Source: Escherichia phage vB_EcoM-813R1
Sequence record: ON470617.2
Strand: one strand, 5' to 3'
DNA length: 64,000 nt
Shown here: in pieces, positions 10,745-26,907 of the stretch
How positions within the stretch are numbered: the first letter of the stretch is position 1
Layout of the letters: each line of letters starts with the position of its first letter
Translations under genes and position numbers: made by a program
Notes under the pieces: model-generated
What the model saw: the letters and a program-made list of their open reading frames with translations, nothing else
What the model was told of the DNA's origin: nothing
The model's database searches: none

Positions 10745-11302
10745 ATGAAGGGAAAAACAGCCGCAGGAGGCGGTGCAATTTGCGCTATCGCGGTGATGAT
10801 TACCATCGTGATGGGTAATGGCAATGTGCGAACCAACCAGGCGGGGCTTGAGCTGATTGGTAACGCTGAAGGTTGCCGACGTGATCCATACATGTGCCCG
10901 GCGGGGGTATGGACTGACGGGATCGGTAATACACACGGAGTAACGCCGGGTGTGCGAAAAACCGACCAGCAAATCGCCGCTGATTGGGAAAAGAATATCC
11001 TGATCGCTGAACGCTGTATTAATCAGCACTTTCGGGGCAAAGACATGCCCGATAATGCCTTTAGCGCAATGACAAGCGCGGCATTCAATATGGGATGCAA
11101 TAGTTTACGGACCTACTACAGCAAAGCGCGAGGCATGCGAGTAGAAACGTCCATCCACAAGTGGGCGCAGAAAGGAGAATGGGTGAATATGTGTAACCAT
11201 CTCCCTGATTTCGTGAACAGTAACGGCGTGCCCCTGCGAGGTTTAAAGATTCGCCGTGAAAAAGAACGCCAGCTTTGCCTGACGGGACTGGTCAATGAAT
11301 AA
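10745..11302 (+). CDS. lyz: SAR endolysin (T4-lysozyme-like, GH24); likely start is MKGKTAAGGGAICAIAVMITIV… inside the longer six-frame ORF 10646..11302
   Basis: N-terminal Gly/Ala-rich weakly hydrophobic signal-anchor-release segment followed by a lysozyme catalytic region; 185 aa from the internal Met. Confidence 0.9.
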   Translation: MKGKTAAGGGAICAIAVMITIVMGNGNVRTNQAGLELIGNAEGCRRDPYMCPAGVWTDGIGNTHGVTPGVRKTDQQIAADWEKNILIAERCINQHFRGKDMPDNAFSAMTSAAFNMGCNSLRTYYSKARGMRVETSIHKWAQKGEWVNMCNHLPDFVNSNGVPLRGLKIRREKERQLCLTGLVNE

Positions 11303-11549
11303 ACTCCGGCAGCTCCGCCGACTTTCGACAATGAAGTTATCGCTGGCGGCGATAGTTTTCGACTCGATTTTCATGGCGGTATATGTGCTCAATGAGACGT
11401 GGCCACTGGAACCGCTATTATATGCCGGGCTTCGGCTGTGCCTGACATTTTTGAGCATGGCTGCAAGATTGATGCAGCAGAAAGAAACCGCTTCAGATTG
11501 CCCACGTCGCGCGGTGCGAAAATATATGGCACGCAGACGAAGGCGATAA
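11295..11549 (+). CDS. small hydrophobic protein, 84 aa, directly downstream of lyz (possible lysis accessory or membrane protein)
   Basis: ORF 11295..11549 overlaps the lyz stop and ends just before a terminator; hydrophobic segment …LSLAAIVFDSIFMAVYVL…. Confidence 0.35.
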   Translation: MNKLRQLRRLSTMKLSLAAIVFDSIFMAVYVLNETWPLEPLLYAGLRLCLTFLSMAARLMQQKETASDCPRRAVRKYMARRRRR

Positions 11550-11560
11550 TAGTTAACGAG

Positions 11561-11588
11561 AACCCCGGCAGCCGCCGGGGTTATTTTT
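11561..11588 (+). terminator. rho-independent terminator (ccccggc-agcc-gccgggg plus T-run)
   Basis: 7-bp GC stem and T-tract between convergent lyz-side and pro-side transcription. Confidence 0.6.
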
Positions 11589-11593
11589 GATGG

Positions 11594-14324
<2,731 letters not shown>

Positions 14325-14390
14325 TTAATTAGAATAATTCGCATCGTGTTTGAACGGAATTTAACACTAGTCACTTGTTAAGGATTACCA

Positions 14391-17300
14391 ATGAACAAGC
14401 TATCTATGGGGGTGTTTCGCTGTTCAAGTGTCAGCGAAATATTGAAATACATTAGGGCAATAACATCTCACCGAGCGCCGATTAGATACGGCGTGGAAAA
14501 GGTGGAAGGCAAAAGCTATGACCGACTACGCCGGGAGGCGAATCAGAAGGCGATTGATTTGCTTAATTCGCTGGTGGACGGCGCGACACTGACAGATGAA
14601 CAGCGCCAGATCCTGGCTGGGTACACCGGTGAAGGCGGCATTGGCGGGTCCGTCTCCGAATATTACACACCAAAGCCGATCGCTGAAGGTGTCTGGGAGA
14701 TCATGAAGCTCTACGGCGCGGACGTAGGTAACACTCTGGAACCATCGGCGGGAACCGGCGTTTTTAATGAGACAAAACCGGTTGGTACGGTGATGACCGC
14801 GACTGAGATCAGCAGTGTTTCCGGTCGTATAAACCAGCTGTTACATCCGGAAGACAGCGTACAGATTTCCCCGTTCGAACAACTGGCTGTAAGCACGCCT
14901 AACGATTCATTCGACCATGTGGTGGGTAACGTTCCGTTCGGTGGTCGTGATAACACACGCAACATCGATAAACCTTACGCAGAAGAAACGGACATGGGGT
15001 CTTACTTCATGCTCCGCATGTTGGACAAGATAAAGCCTGGCGGATTCATGTGCGTGATTGTGCCGCCGTCCATTGTTTCAGGTTCAAACATGAAGCGGTT
15101 ACGCCTGCGTCTATCCCGTAAAGCTAAATTTCTTGGCGCTCACCGCTTGCCTACCGGTACTTTTGACGCAAACGGGACCAGTACGGTCGTTGATGTGGTG
15201 CTGATGCGTAAACATCCGGCAGAGATGGCTGAGAAAATCCCCTGGTGGATGAAGGCACTCTTGAATCGGCAAATGTGCTTTGGCCAACGTTTATTTCTGG
15301 CAAGTGGTTTGAAAAGGACGGCCGCCGGTTTGTTCATGGTACTCAGGAGAAGGGATTCCAGGGCGTATTGAGGTTCGTGCCGACGGGCAGATTGATAACC
15401 TGGCTCTTAAAGCGAAGCTGATTCATCGTTTCGAAAGTCGTATCGACTGGTCTTTGCTCGATATGGCTGAACCGTCACCGACCGCAGATGTTGTTGATGA
15501 AGGGGAAATGCGCCTGATTAATGGCGTATGGCAAAAATATGCTGGTGGTCGCTGGATTGAAGCTGATGCCGGGAAGGAGCTGAAGATTGATGTTGCCAGT
15601 TATGGCGCGGATAGCTGGGAGGCTCTTCAGCGTAACCTGACTACCACAGAAGGTCGTCTCGGCATGACATTTACCCAGATGGCAAATGTCCGCGATAAGT
15701 ACACCACATCAATCAGCGACGATATGGTGCAACTGGTGGACTGGATTAACAGCCAGCCTGAAAAATACCGTGAACGCTTGTATCGCGGGGCGATGATTGG
15801 CCGGATGTTAATTGAATATCAGGATATGAAGGCCGCCGGGCATAGTGCTGAACAAATCGAACAGCAGCGCCTTTCTCTGGTATCCCGTTTGCAGGCAGAG
15901 ATTGACCGCTTTGGTAATCCTGGTCGCGGTCCTATAGCGAAATTGTCGGGGAGCGGTGCGCGCGCCTGGTTTGCTTTCCGTGGTGCGATTAAGCTGGATG
16001 GCACTATTTCAGACGAGCTGACAGGAAAGCTGGTTACGCATGACTCCAGCGCCAGTTATGACTCCACCAGCTATCAGGACACCCTGCGTTATCTCTATAG
16101 CGATCTTACCCGCGATCCAATCCAGCTCGATGATTTCCGCCTTGCGTTTACCGGCGAACTGCCAGCCAGTGATGACGAGTTGCTTAATTTATTGGCCAGC
16201 ACCCTGGTATTGCGGTTTCACCGTATGGCGGGATTGTTCCGTTTGCCCGCGCCACCAGCGGCGACATTAACGAGATAGTGGCTCCAAAACAGGAATTCCT
16301 CGCCACGCTCCCCGACGGTCCAGTAAAGAACAACGTCCTTAATCAGCTGGCAGCGATCGAAGAGAAGCGCATCAAGACGCCAGCAGAGAATATCCGGTTT
16401 AAGCTCAATAGCCGTTGGTTCGACCGTTCCGTCATTCTGGAATTTTTGCAGGAAAACGGCTATCCGGATCTGCGCTATGTGCAGTCAGTGCAGCTGGAAG
16501 GCGACGAAATGGTTTCTGACACCTATCACGGTGGTGATGGCCTGTTCGTAGGACACCGATACGGTGTCGTCCAGCGCAAGGATAAAGAAACAGGCGAGAT
16601 CCGCTACGAGTGGGACCGTAAATCAGGTGAAAACGCGACCGGGTTCCCGGCACAGCTGGAAAAGTATCTCAATGGTGCGCGTATCGGTGGCAAAGATAGC
16701 GCGACGGCGAACGGCTACCGCGAGCAGATGGCACTGCTTGAGGACCAGTTCAATAAGTGGATCAAGACGCACGATCGCTACGATGAGTTGGTTGCCAAAT
16801 ACAACGATGTGTTCAATAGCAATATCCCGTATGAACACTCTGGCGATCCGCTTGGGTTGAAGGGATTAAGCGGTAAGCGCCAGCCATTTGATTACCAGAA
16901 TAGCGAGGTGCGCCGACTGTCCGAAGATGGGCGCGGCATCCTGGGCTTCGGCACCGGGCTGGGTAAAACGACGACCGCGCTGGCGCTTGAGGCGTTCAAC
17001 TATGAGAACGGTCGCTCCACCCGTACTGCTTATGTAGTGCCTAAAGCAGTGCTGGAAAACTGGTATTACGAAGCAAAAGAGTTCCTGAGTGAAGAGGCAT
17101 TCAGTAACTACCTGTTCGTCGGTCTTGATGTGCTGATGGATGGCGATCAGATTCGCCAGGTGCCGGTGCTCGATGAGAACGGTAAACCTGTTCTTGGTAC
17201 TGATGGCACTCCAGTTATGCGCGATGCTCTTAAGCTGGCAGATGAAGCCACTATCACGGCGCGGATGAACGCGATCCCGCACTCAAATTACCGTGCAGTC

Positions 17301-20300
17301 GTGTTTACCAAAGAACAATACGCCCGCATTCCGCTACGTGATGACACCGTAGATGAGCATGCACAGGATATGCTTTATGACTTCGTTGCCGCTGGGCGCG
17401 TAGCCAGCGCAATGGATTCCGATTCCCATCGCAAAGAGGCGGCGCGTCGCCGGGTATTGTCGGAGTATTCAGATACCGGCACCGAAAAAGCAGAGAAGTA
17501 TCCGTACTTTGAGGATATGGGCTTCGATAGTGTGATCGCTGACGAAGGTCACAACTACCGCAATAGCTATAAAAATGGTCGCGAAGCGTCACAACTGGCC
17601 TATCTGCCCACCAGCGCGGTGGCGCAATCGGCGCGGGATATGGCAATTAAAAACGCGTACCTGATGAAAAAGAATGGTGGGCGCGGACCGGTTCTCCTGA
17701 CTGCAACGCCAGTCGTTAACACCCCGATCGATGCATACAACATGCTTTCTCATGTTCTGCCGAAGGAATACTGGCAGAAGATGGGGATCTACGGTCCTGA
17801 TGACTTCGTTAAATTCTTCGGCAAGACCAGGCTGGAAACGGTACAGAAAATCAGCGGTGAAGTTGAAGAAAAATGGCACTGGTGGGCTTTGAAAACCTTG
17901 ATGCGCTGCGCGGTATATTCCATCGCTGGGTAACGCTTAAAACGGCGGAAGACGTTAAGGATACCGTGGAGATCCCGGAACTGGACGAACACCAGCAGGA
18001 TGCACCACTTACTGAAGAACAACTGGCGGCGTATGAAGAATTGCGTCAGCAGGCGGAAGCGGCGGCCAAAGCCAACAATGGCGTAACGACCTCGGTCAAT
18101 GAAGACGGCGTGATTGAGCACGAGAAGGCCCGTCCGATCTTCTCAATAATCAGGGATATGGACCGCGTATGTACTGACATGGACCTGTACTATCGCCGGA
18201 TCACCTATCGTTTCCTGCCGGAGTACGCCGATGCGGTGCAGCAGCTGGCGGACAGTTTGCCTAAACAAGCCACCAGCGAAGACGACGACAGTGATGATTC
18301 AATCACGCAGCAATCGCAATACTCCCTGATAGATAAGGGCGAGTTTATTCAGTTACAGGTTCCGGAAGCGTTCGAGCAGGAAGTGAATAAGCGCCTGGCC
18401 AGGTTTGGCATTGACGAACAGACCGTAACTCACCCCGTTACGCCCAAATACGCGAAGCTGATTGCCACGCTGAAGGAGTTTTTCCCGGAAGGTAAGCAAA
18501 TCATCTTCACCGATGAAAAAACGCAGCACCAGAAGCTCAAGCGCATTATCTGCAATGCTCTTAACCTTGAACCTTCAAAGGTGGGGATACTGAATGCTCA
18601 GACGGTTGCCGAGGCAGGTAAAACCGGTAAGAAACTGAAAGCGGTTAAACCGCCGAAAGAGTTACCGGATGAACCAACAGATGCACAGATAGCGAAATAC
18701 AACGAGCAAATGGCTCTGTATGACGCCTATATCGCGCAGCAAAATGAAATGTCGTTGGGCGGTCTGGAAAAGATTGCAGCCGACTTCCAGGAGGGCCGGA
18801 CTCCGATCATCATCTGCAACAAAAAGGCAGAGGTGGGTATCAACCTGCATCGAGGAACGACTGACATCCATCATCTGACGTTGCCATGGACTCCAGCCAG
18901 TATTGCGCAACGAAACGGTCGCGGTGCCCGAGTTGGCTCCAACCGTGCAAGCGTTCGCGTTCACTACTACTGCGGCAAGGGTTCTTTCGATGAATACCGA
19001 CTGAAGACGCTGAAGCGTAAAGCAGGCTGGATCTCCGATATCCTCCGTTCAGATAAGTCAGAAATGGAGAACGCCGACGCCAACGATATGATCGAAATGC
19101 AGATGTATACCGCTAAGGATGATGGCGAACGTCTGGCAATGATGCAGGTTCAAATGGATAAGGCGAAAGCTGCGAAACGCGCTCGCCAGAAAGAACAGGC
19201 TACTATCGACCTTCAGAACTACATCAAGGTGCAGCACGCAGCTGGTGAGGATGTGGAGGTACTTACCGCTGAATTGGAGCGAAGCAAAGCGGAACTTGAA
19301 AAGACCACCGCCGACGTCGCCAAATTCAAACAGGCGGTAATGGCCAAAGCAGCTGATAACGCAGACTGGAAAGCCCGCTGGGGTAGCGTCCATCACACAG
19401 ACCGTATGTTGTTAGCACAGTATCGCGCGTCGTTGAAAAGCGCCATTCAGCGCAAGGCTAATATCTCTCAGGCCATCTCCCGCTATGAGAAATTATTGAA
19501 CCGTACTCAGAAGGCCGCGACGGATATCAAACGCCTGCGCCCGCAGGTGGAGGATGCAATAAATAAAGGCATTCTGGATGTTGATCCTGATCTGGTTAAC
19601 CATGCGAATGAGTTCCTTGTTATCGGCGATCGCTCATGGCGTGTAGGCCAATACTACGATTGTGCCGGTGATATCGTTCGCATTAAGTCGCTGGACTTCG
19701 ACAGCCAGCGCGCAGACGTGGAGATCATCTTTACCTTCAAAGGCACCAAATCGGGTAACTGGGATGTGAAGACGCTGGATAAACAGGTTGATGTAACTCC
19801 CGATGAAGATGCTGTTATGCAGAAAATCAGTGGTGGCGTCTCCATCGCCGGGATTAACGACATCATTTCCTGTGACGATTTCTACCGTTTCCAGCAGCGC
19901 GGCATGATCAAAATAACTGACTCGTACGGCGTTCAGACTACAGAGTCAGGCTATAGCATTGATTTTGTTGGTACCTATACGGACCCACTGAAGCATGCGG
20001 TTTACCCGGATCGCCGTGACGGCGCGCTGAAGTCGTCAATTGCAAAATGGGTGCTTGGTATGATGTCGGAAGGGAATAACCGCCAGGTCCGTTTGGCAGA
20101 AGTATTCCTGACTGAACTGTTTGGCTCCAATTATGGCGAGGTAATCGCGTCATACGGAGATACTCTATCCCCTGAAGCACTTCAGGAGAAAATAGCGGAT
20201 TCGATCGCCAAAATGCCGGAGAAAACAAGCCAGGGGCTACTCGTAACGGGGATTCTGAACTTGAGGTCACCAATGCTATTTTCGGTACCCATGAGTTCCG

Positions 20301-21153
20301 GGCGTCAGATTATGAGATCACCACAGCACAGTTTGGCACCATTGGCATTTACAGCAATAAAGACGAGATCAAGCAGGCAATGGACGCAGCAAGTGCGCGC
20401 ATTGCAGCAGAACGGAAAGCCAATCTGAATCATGCAGTCGCCGCGCTGACTCAATCGTGGGTAACAGCAATCAGGGAGGCCGCCACCACAGGAAAAATCA
20501 CACCGGCAATTGCGGATGTCGTAAACGACGGCTCTAAATTTATGGATGCCTATAAAATGGATGCGGTGCAGTTGCCATCAGCCTATGGCCAACTCAGCTA
20601 TCGCATAACCTACAACCTGGTATCAATGTTTACTGACCTTGCCATCCTTGGGCTGGTGGACCTTAACGAGGTTACGCCGGAATTACTCAGCATGCGCAAG
20701 AATCATGTGGAGATATTGCAGAGAATTAACACGGTTCTTGCCGGGCGCACCGATGAAGAGAAACAGGCCGACGCTGATCGGATAAACCTGGCCCTTGGCA
20801 ACATCACGGAGGAAGAAATTGCCGCCAGAAACGAGAAACAAGAAGAGTTATCATCAATACAGGGTGATGCCACCAGCATAGCTCAGTCTCTTGGTCTGAA
20901 TTATCGCGTATCCACCGCCGATCTGAAGATGATGTACGCACCAAAATTCGCCGCTGGCGAGGTATTTGGGCTTCAGGAAGCCTCAGGCATGAAAGGCGTT
21001 CTTTTCCGTGCGAAAGACGCAATCAAGGCGAAATTCGGCGCTCGCTGGCTGCCAGCGAAGGCGAAGAACAGCGATTTCCCGGGTAACTGGTGGATTATCG
21101 AGACAAAACACAACGTGGCGGACGTTCTGGCCGTCATCCAACAATACGCATAA
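14391..21153 (+). CDS. darB: DarB-like giant antirestriction protein (N6-adenine methyltransferase plus SF2 helicase), ~2250 aa, split into five frames in this assembly
   Basis: Collinear same-strand ORFs 14391..15371 (MTase-like, …GNVPFGG…), 15454..16278, 16278..17933 (Walker A GFGTGLGKTTTALA, DEAH-like VIADEGHNYRN), 17873..20428 (helicase C-terminal), 20380..21153; readable protein continues across each junction in a shifted frame. Confidence 0.8.
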
Positions 21154-21186
21154 CAGGAGCGCCCGGTTCGCCGGGCGTCGCATAAT

Positions 21187-21627
21187 ATGGCCACACTATC
21201 TGATACAATAAAACCGAATAAAACATATCTTGAGGCGGTACTGCGTACAGCGTTGTTAGGAAAGACAGAAGACGAATACGTTGATTTCTTCCTGTCAGGG
21301 CTACGCGGGCGATTACTGAAAAATCCCCGCCTGTACCGCAGCTATGGTCCATACTGGCCGGAAATTAAAAAATTATTACTGGAGCGCGGTTATGGTAATT
21401 TCGGTCGTCTCGTTGACCGTGACGTTCGCAAAATTTACCGTTATGACCGCCCGGCGCTAACACTCATAGCCGCGACGCTCTACAGCCAGGAGCGTTTTGA
21501 TAATGGTCAGATATACTCAGCCTGGCATTTACTGCCAGTGCCTGAAGAAGTTGACGACCAGGACTATGAGTTTGAGTCTTACGATTTGGAAGTTGAAGCC
21601 TTGGCACAGGCTGGAGAGAAAACTTGA
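21187..21627 (+). CDS. hypothetical protein, 146 aa (P1 ulx position)
   Basis: ORF immediately downstream of darB; positional assignment only. Confidence 0.5.
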   Translation: MATLSDTIKPNKTYLEAVLRTALLGKTEDEYVDFFLSGLRGRLLKNPRLYRSYGPYWPEIKKLLLERGYGNFGRLVDRDVRKIYRYDRPALTLIAATLYSQERFDNGQIYSAWHLLPVPEEVDDQDYEFESYDLEVEALAQAGEKT

Positions 21628-21842
21628 AAAAGCGATACTACACAGTAAAGCATGGGACGCTACGAGCATTACAAGAGTTTGCTGACAAGCATAACGTTGA
21701 GGTGCGCAGGGAAGGGGGAAGTAAAGCTCTGCGCATGTACCGTCCGGACGGGAAATGGCGTACGGTCGTCGATTTCAAAACTAACAGCGTTCCCAGGGCG
21801 TCCGTGACCGGGCATTCGAAGAATGGGAGCAGATCATCATAG
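21624..21842 (+). CDS. hypothetical protein, 72 aa (P1 lxc position)
   Basis: ORF with 4-nt overlap to the upstream gene, upstream of mod; positional assignment only. Confidence 0.4.
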   Translation: MKKRYYTVKHGTLRALQEFADKHNVEVRREGGSKALRMYRPDGKWRTVVDFKTNSVPRASVTGHSKNGSRSS

Positions 21843-22022
21843 ATAATGCATTGCTTCTCAATGCGGATTAAACTTCCCCAAATTATGGCTGTTTGCTCAC
21901 CGAGCATCGCTCAAAGAAGCACGATTCTTCAAACATATAGATAGTGATAGTGCCACAACTTCTGGCTCTAACGGGCTGGGGAGGCGGCGCTTTGTTGCTA
22001 AATGATCTGGTTTAAAATGGAT

Positions 22023-23962
22023 ATGAAAAAAGAAACGATTTTTTCCGAAGTAGAAACGGCTAACAGCAAGCAACTGGCTGTGTTGAAAGCTAATTTCCCA
22101 CAGTGTTTTGATAAAAACGGAGCCTTCATTCAAGAAAAATTGCTTGAGATTATTAGAGCATCGGAGGTTGAACTCTCTAAAGAATCATACAGTTTAAACT
22201 GGCTGGGTAAATCTTATGCCCGTTTGTTGGCCAATCTACCACCGAAAACGTTGTTGGCAGAAGATAAAACACATAACCAACAAGAAGAGAACAAGAACAG
22301 TCAAAACCTGTTAATCAAAGGGGATAACCTCGAAGTATTGAAGCATATGGTTAATGCTTATGCTGAAAAGGTGAATATGATTTACATTGACCCACCATAC
22401 AATACGGGTAAAGATGGATTCGTCTATAACGATGATCGCAAGTTTACACCAGAACAGCTTTCTGAACTGGCAGGTATCGAGCTTGATGAGGCTAACCGCA
22501 TACTTGAATTTACCACCAAGGGTTCAAGCAGTCATAGTGCATGGCTGACATTCATTTATCCTCGTCTTTATATTGCACGTGAACTTTTAAAAGAGGATGG
22601 AGTAATATTCATCTCCATAGACGATAACGAAGATAAACAGTTGGGATTATTATGCGACGAAGTATTTGGGCAAGGTAATTTTGTTGCAAAACTCCCTACA
22701 ATCATGAATCTCAAAGGCAATCATGATAACTTTGGCTTTTCAGATACGCATGAATATATATATGTATACGCTAAAAACAAAGATGTTTGTAGTTTGGGGC
22801 AATTCGATATTGATGAAAGTGAAGTTGAAAAAGAGTGGGATGAAGATGAATATGGGCTATTTAAAAGAGCTGATACATTAAAGCGTACTGGCCAAGATGC
22901 TTTTAGAAAATCAAGACCAAAAGGTTGGTTTCCGGTATTCATCAATTCAGAAAATAAGGTTTATGTAACAGATGATGATAAACCTCTTAACGAAGATGAC
23001 TATGTACTTTACCCAGTAAGCCCTACGGGTGAAGAGCTTTCATGGTCGTGGGGAAAGAAAAAATAAATGATGAGTTTTATAATCTAATAGTAATAGATAT
23101 AAAAGATGGTAAAAATATCTATAAAAAACAGCGGCCTGCTCTTGGAGAGCTACCAACTAAAAAGCCAAAATCAATTTGGTATAAACCTGAATATAGTACA
23201 AGCACGGCGACAACTGAGCTTAAAAATCTTTTAGGTGCAAAATTATTTGAAGGACCAAAACCTGTTCCTCTTATAACCGATCTTGTAAAAATAGGAACAA
23301 AAAAGGATTCATTAGTTCTTGACTTTTTTGCTGGCTCTGGTACGACAGCAGAAGCTGTTGCATATTTAAATGAAAAAGATTCAGGCTGTAGGAATTTTAT
23401 ATGCATACAAAAAGATGAAGTTATAAATAAAACAAAGAATGCCTATTCTCTTGGCTATAGATCTATTTTTGAAATAACAAAAAAAAGGATACAGGAGGTA
23501 TTTAAAAAAAGCACAACCACAAGTGATAATGCGGCTAAAATAGGTTTCAAAGTGATTCATACTATTGATGACTTTAGAGCAAAAGTTGAGTCTGAACTTA
23601 CGCTCACTAATCATACATTCTTTGATGATGCGGTATTAACGCCTGAACAGTATGATGCCCTATTGACTACATGGTGTGTATATGATGGTAGCTTGTTAAC
23701 AACACCTATTGAAGATGTTGATCTTAGTGGCTATACAGCACACTTTTGCAATGGCCGTCTGTATTTGATTGCACCTAATTTTACTAGCGAAGCATTGAAA
23801 GCGTTGCTCCAAAAGCTGGATTCAGATGAAGATTTTGCCCCAAACAAAGTCGTGTTTTATGGTTGTAACTTTGAAAGTGCAAAACAAAGGGAGCTTAATG
23901 AGGCGCTAAAAAGTTATGCTAACAAAAAATCTATTGAGTTAGATTTAGTGGTAAGGAACTAA
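22023..23962 (+). CDS. mod: Type III restriction-modification methyltransferase Mod (EcoP1I-like); frameshift in an A6 run at about 23055
   Basis: ORF 22002..23066 with the DPPYN catalytic motif and ORF 23042..23962 with the AdoMet motif DFFAGSGTT; junction …SWSWGKKK* / …KEKINDEFYN… differs by one A in a homopolymer. Confidence 0.85.
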
Positions 23963-23964
23963 TC

Positions 23965-26873
23965 ATGTCAAAAGGGTTCACATTCGAAAAGAACTTACCG
24001 CATCAGAAAGCAGGTGTCGATGCGGTGATGAACGTTTTTGTTTCCGCGACATCTCATCAGGAGGATAATGTTTCTATTCGCCTGTTAGTTAATCCAGAAT
24101 TACGGCTTACTGAACAGCAATACTATAAAAATATAAAAAAGTTCAGGAACTCAATGGTATTGAACATGTAAAAAATAATTACGATGCTGGAAGCAACGTA
24201 ATCGATGTTTCTATGGAGACAGGTACAGGTAAAACGTATACCTACACTAAAACAATTTTTGATCTGAACAAATCATTTGGCATTAATAAGTTTATCATTA
24301 TTGTTCCTACTCTATCGATCAAAGCTGGAACAGTGAACTTTTTGAAAAGCGATGCGTTAAAAGAACACTTTAGAGATGATTATGAGCGTGAAATAAAGAC
24401 TTACGTTGTTGAAAGTCAGAAAAATGCCGGTAAAAGCACAAAATCGTATATGCCTCAAGCTATACATGATTTTGTTGAAGCTAGTAATTTCAATAAGAAA
24501 TATATACACGTTCTTGTTATTAACACGGGAATGATTCACTCTAAGAATTTAAATTCCACTTATGATGTTGGCTTGCTTGACAATCATTTTGATTCTCCCT
24601 TTTCAGCTCTTGGTGCGGTAAAACCATTCATTATCATTGATGAACCACATAAATTTCCTACTGGTAAAAAGACATGGGAAAATATAGAGAAGTTTAATGC
24701 TCAATATATTATCCGCTACGGTGCGACCTTTAGTGAAGGCTATAAGAATTTAGTTTATCGACTTACAGCAGTGGATGCATTTAATGAAGACCTTGTTAAA
24801 GGTATTGATGCGTACATTGAGGATATTGTTGGTGATGGTGACGCCAACCTAAAGTTCATTAAATCTGATGGGGAAGAAGTTACATTTGAGCTAAATGAAA
24901 ATAACAAGAAAACTTTATTTAAGTTAACAAAAGGTGAATCTCTATCTAAGACACATAGTGCTATTCACGATTTAACTCTTGATGCCTTAGGCAAGAATAC
25001 AGTAGTGTTGAGTAATGGTATTGAGCTAAAAATTGGTTGCTCAATAAACCCCTATTCTTACGATCAGACACTTGCTGACAGCATGATGAGGAAAGCTATC
25101 AAAGAACACTTTAAGTTAGAAAAAGAGTTTCTGACACAAAGGCCACGCATAAAGCCTCTTACTCTTTTCTTTATTGATGATATTGAAGGTTATCGTGACG
25201 GTAATAATATTGCCGGAAGTTTGAAAGCTAAGTTCGAAGAATATGTTTTGGCAGAAGCTAATGAACTGTTAAAAATAGAAAAAGATGAGTTTTATAGTAA
25301 CTATCTTGAAAAAACAGTTAAAGATATATCTTCCGTTCATGGCGGTTATTTTTCAAAAGATAACAGTGATAAGGATGATAAAATCGAGAAGGAAATCAAC
25401 GAAATCCTTCATGACAAAGAGCTTTTGCTGTCTTTAGATAATCCACGTCGTTTCATTTTCTCCAAATGGACGTTGCGTGAGGGATGGGATAATCCTAATG
25501 TCTTTCAGATCTGTAAGCTCCGTTCGAGCGGTAGTACCACATCCAAGCTTCAAGAGGTAGGGCGCGGTTTGCGTCTTCCTGTGAATGAATACATGTGTCG
25601 AGTGAAAGACCGCAATTTTACCCTTAAATATTATGTCGATTTTACAGAAAAGGATTTTGTTGACTCACTTGTTAAAGAGGTCAATGAGAGTTCTTTCAAA
25701 GAAAGGGTTCCAAGTAAGTTTACTCAAGAGCTTAAGGAACAAATCAGGGCTCAGTATCCTGAGCTTTCATCCAGAGCACTAATGAATGAACTTTTCAATG
25801 ATGAAATCATTGATGAAAATGATAATTTCAAAGATTCAGATGCCTACAGCCGCTTAAAATCCAAATATCCAGCAGCATTCCCTATAGGAGTGAAACCAGG
25901 TAAAATCAAAAAAGCTACTGATGGAAAAAGACGCACTAAAATGCGTGTTGGTAAGTTCAGTGAGCTGAAAGAACTATGGGAATTAATCAATCAAAAAGCG
26001 GTGATTGAGTACAAAATAAACAGTGAAAATGAGTTTTTATCCATTTTCAAGTCATTCATGCTCGAAGAAACAGAACGATTTACCAAATCAGGCGTTCATA
26101 CTCGCATTGATAAAATTTACATCCACAATGATATGGCAATGTCGAAAAGCATTGTTAGTGATGACGATGACTTTGCTAAGCTAAACACAATGAGTTATCG
26201 AGAGTTTCTCGATAACTTATCACAGACTATTTTTGTTAAACATGATACTTTACATAAAGTTTTTTGTGATATAAAAGACACTATTAATATCACTGAATAC
26301 CTGAATATTCAAACAATCAGAAAAATTAAATCTGGTTTTAGTAAGTATTTGTTGAACAATTCGTTTAACAAATTCAGCCTCGGATATAATTTGATTTCGG
26401 GTTCAATTCATCCCACAAAGTTCACAAATGCTGATGGTAAGCCTCTAGACGAGGTATTATCAAGTGATCTTGGTGTATTACAGGATAATTCAAAAGCACC
26501 ATTAGATACTTATCTTTTGAAGAGGTTTTTTATGATTCAGAGCTTGAAAGGCGTAATATAACAGATAGAGAGATCCAGTCTGTTGTTGTTTTTTCAAAGA
26601 TACCGAAGAATTCTATTAAGATCCCGGTAGCTGGTGGATACACTTACTCACCCGATTTTGCTTATGTTGTAAAAACAGCAGAAGGTGATTATCTTAACTT
26701 TATCATTGAAACAAAAAACGTAGATAGTAAGGATAGTTTACGGCTTGAAGAAAAAAGAAAATTGAACATGCCAGGCGCTTTTCAATCAAATAAGTCAGTC
26801 TGTTAAAGTTGAATTCAAAACGCAGTTTGCTAATGATGATATTTATCAGTTAATCAAGAGCGCATTACCATAA
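23965..26873 (+). CDS. res: Type III restriction enzyme Res subunit (EcoP1I-like helicase-nuclease); at least three frame interruptions
   Basis: 68-aa N-terminal ORF 23965..24171, 782-aa ORF 24213..26561 starting at Walker A (METGTGKTYT), and further readable C-terminal segments 26562..26873 in other frames; first junction is an A6 run near 24145. Confidence 0.8.
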
Positions 26874-26882
26874 TTCCAGTTT

Positions 26883-26907
26883 AAAAGGAGGTGAAAACCT
26901 CCTTTTT
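26883..26907. terminator. bidirectional hairpin terminator (aaaaggaggt-gaaa-acctcctttt) between convergent res and the mat-position gene
   Basis: Perfect 10-bp inverted repeat flanked by A/T runs on both sides. Confidence 0.6.

Noticed and set aside
14391-21153. Numerous antisense or out-of-frame ORFs inside darB (e.g. 16866..17282, 17305..17646, 19058..19396) and inside other long genes
   Set aside because: They are embedded in the opposite strand or alternative frame of clearly homologous large genes and are typical GC-rich shadow ORFs.
22023-26873. Calling res, mod, darB, c1, pacA and dmt pseudogenes
   Set aside because: All resolved breaks are single-base homopolymer contractions with otherwise intact protein sequence, which is more consistent with assembly error than decay; annotated as CDS with interruptions noted. 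Decay cannot be excluded without reads.
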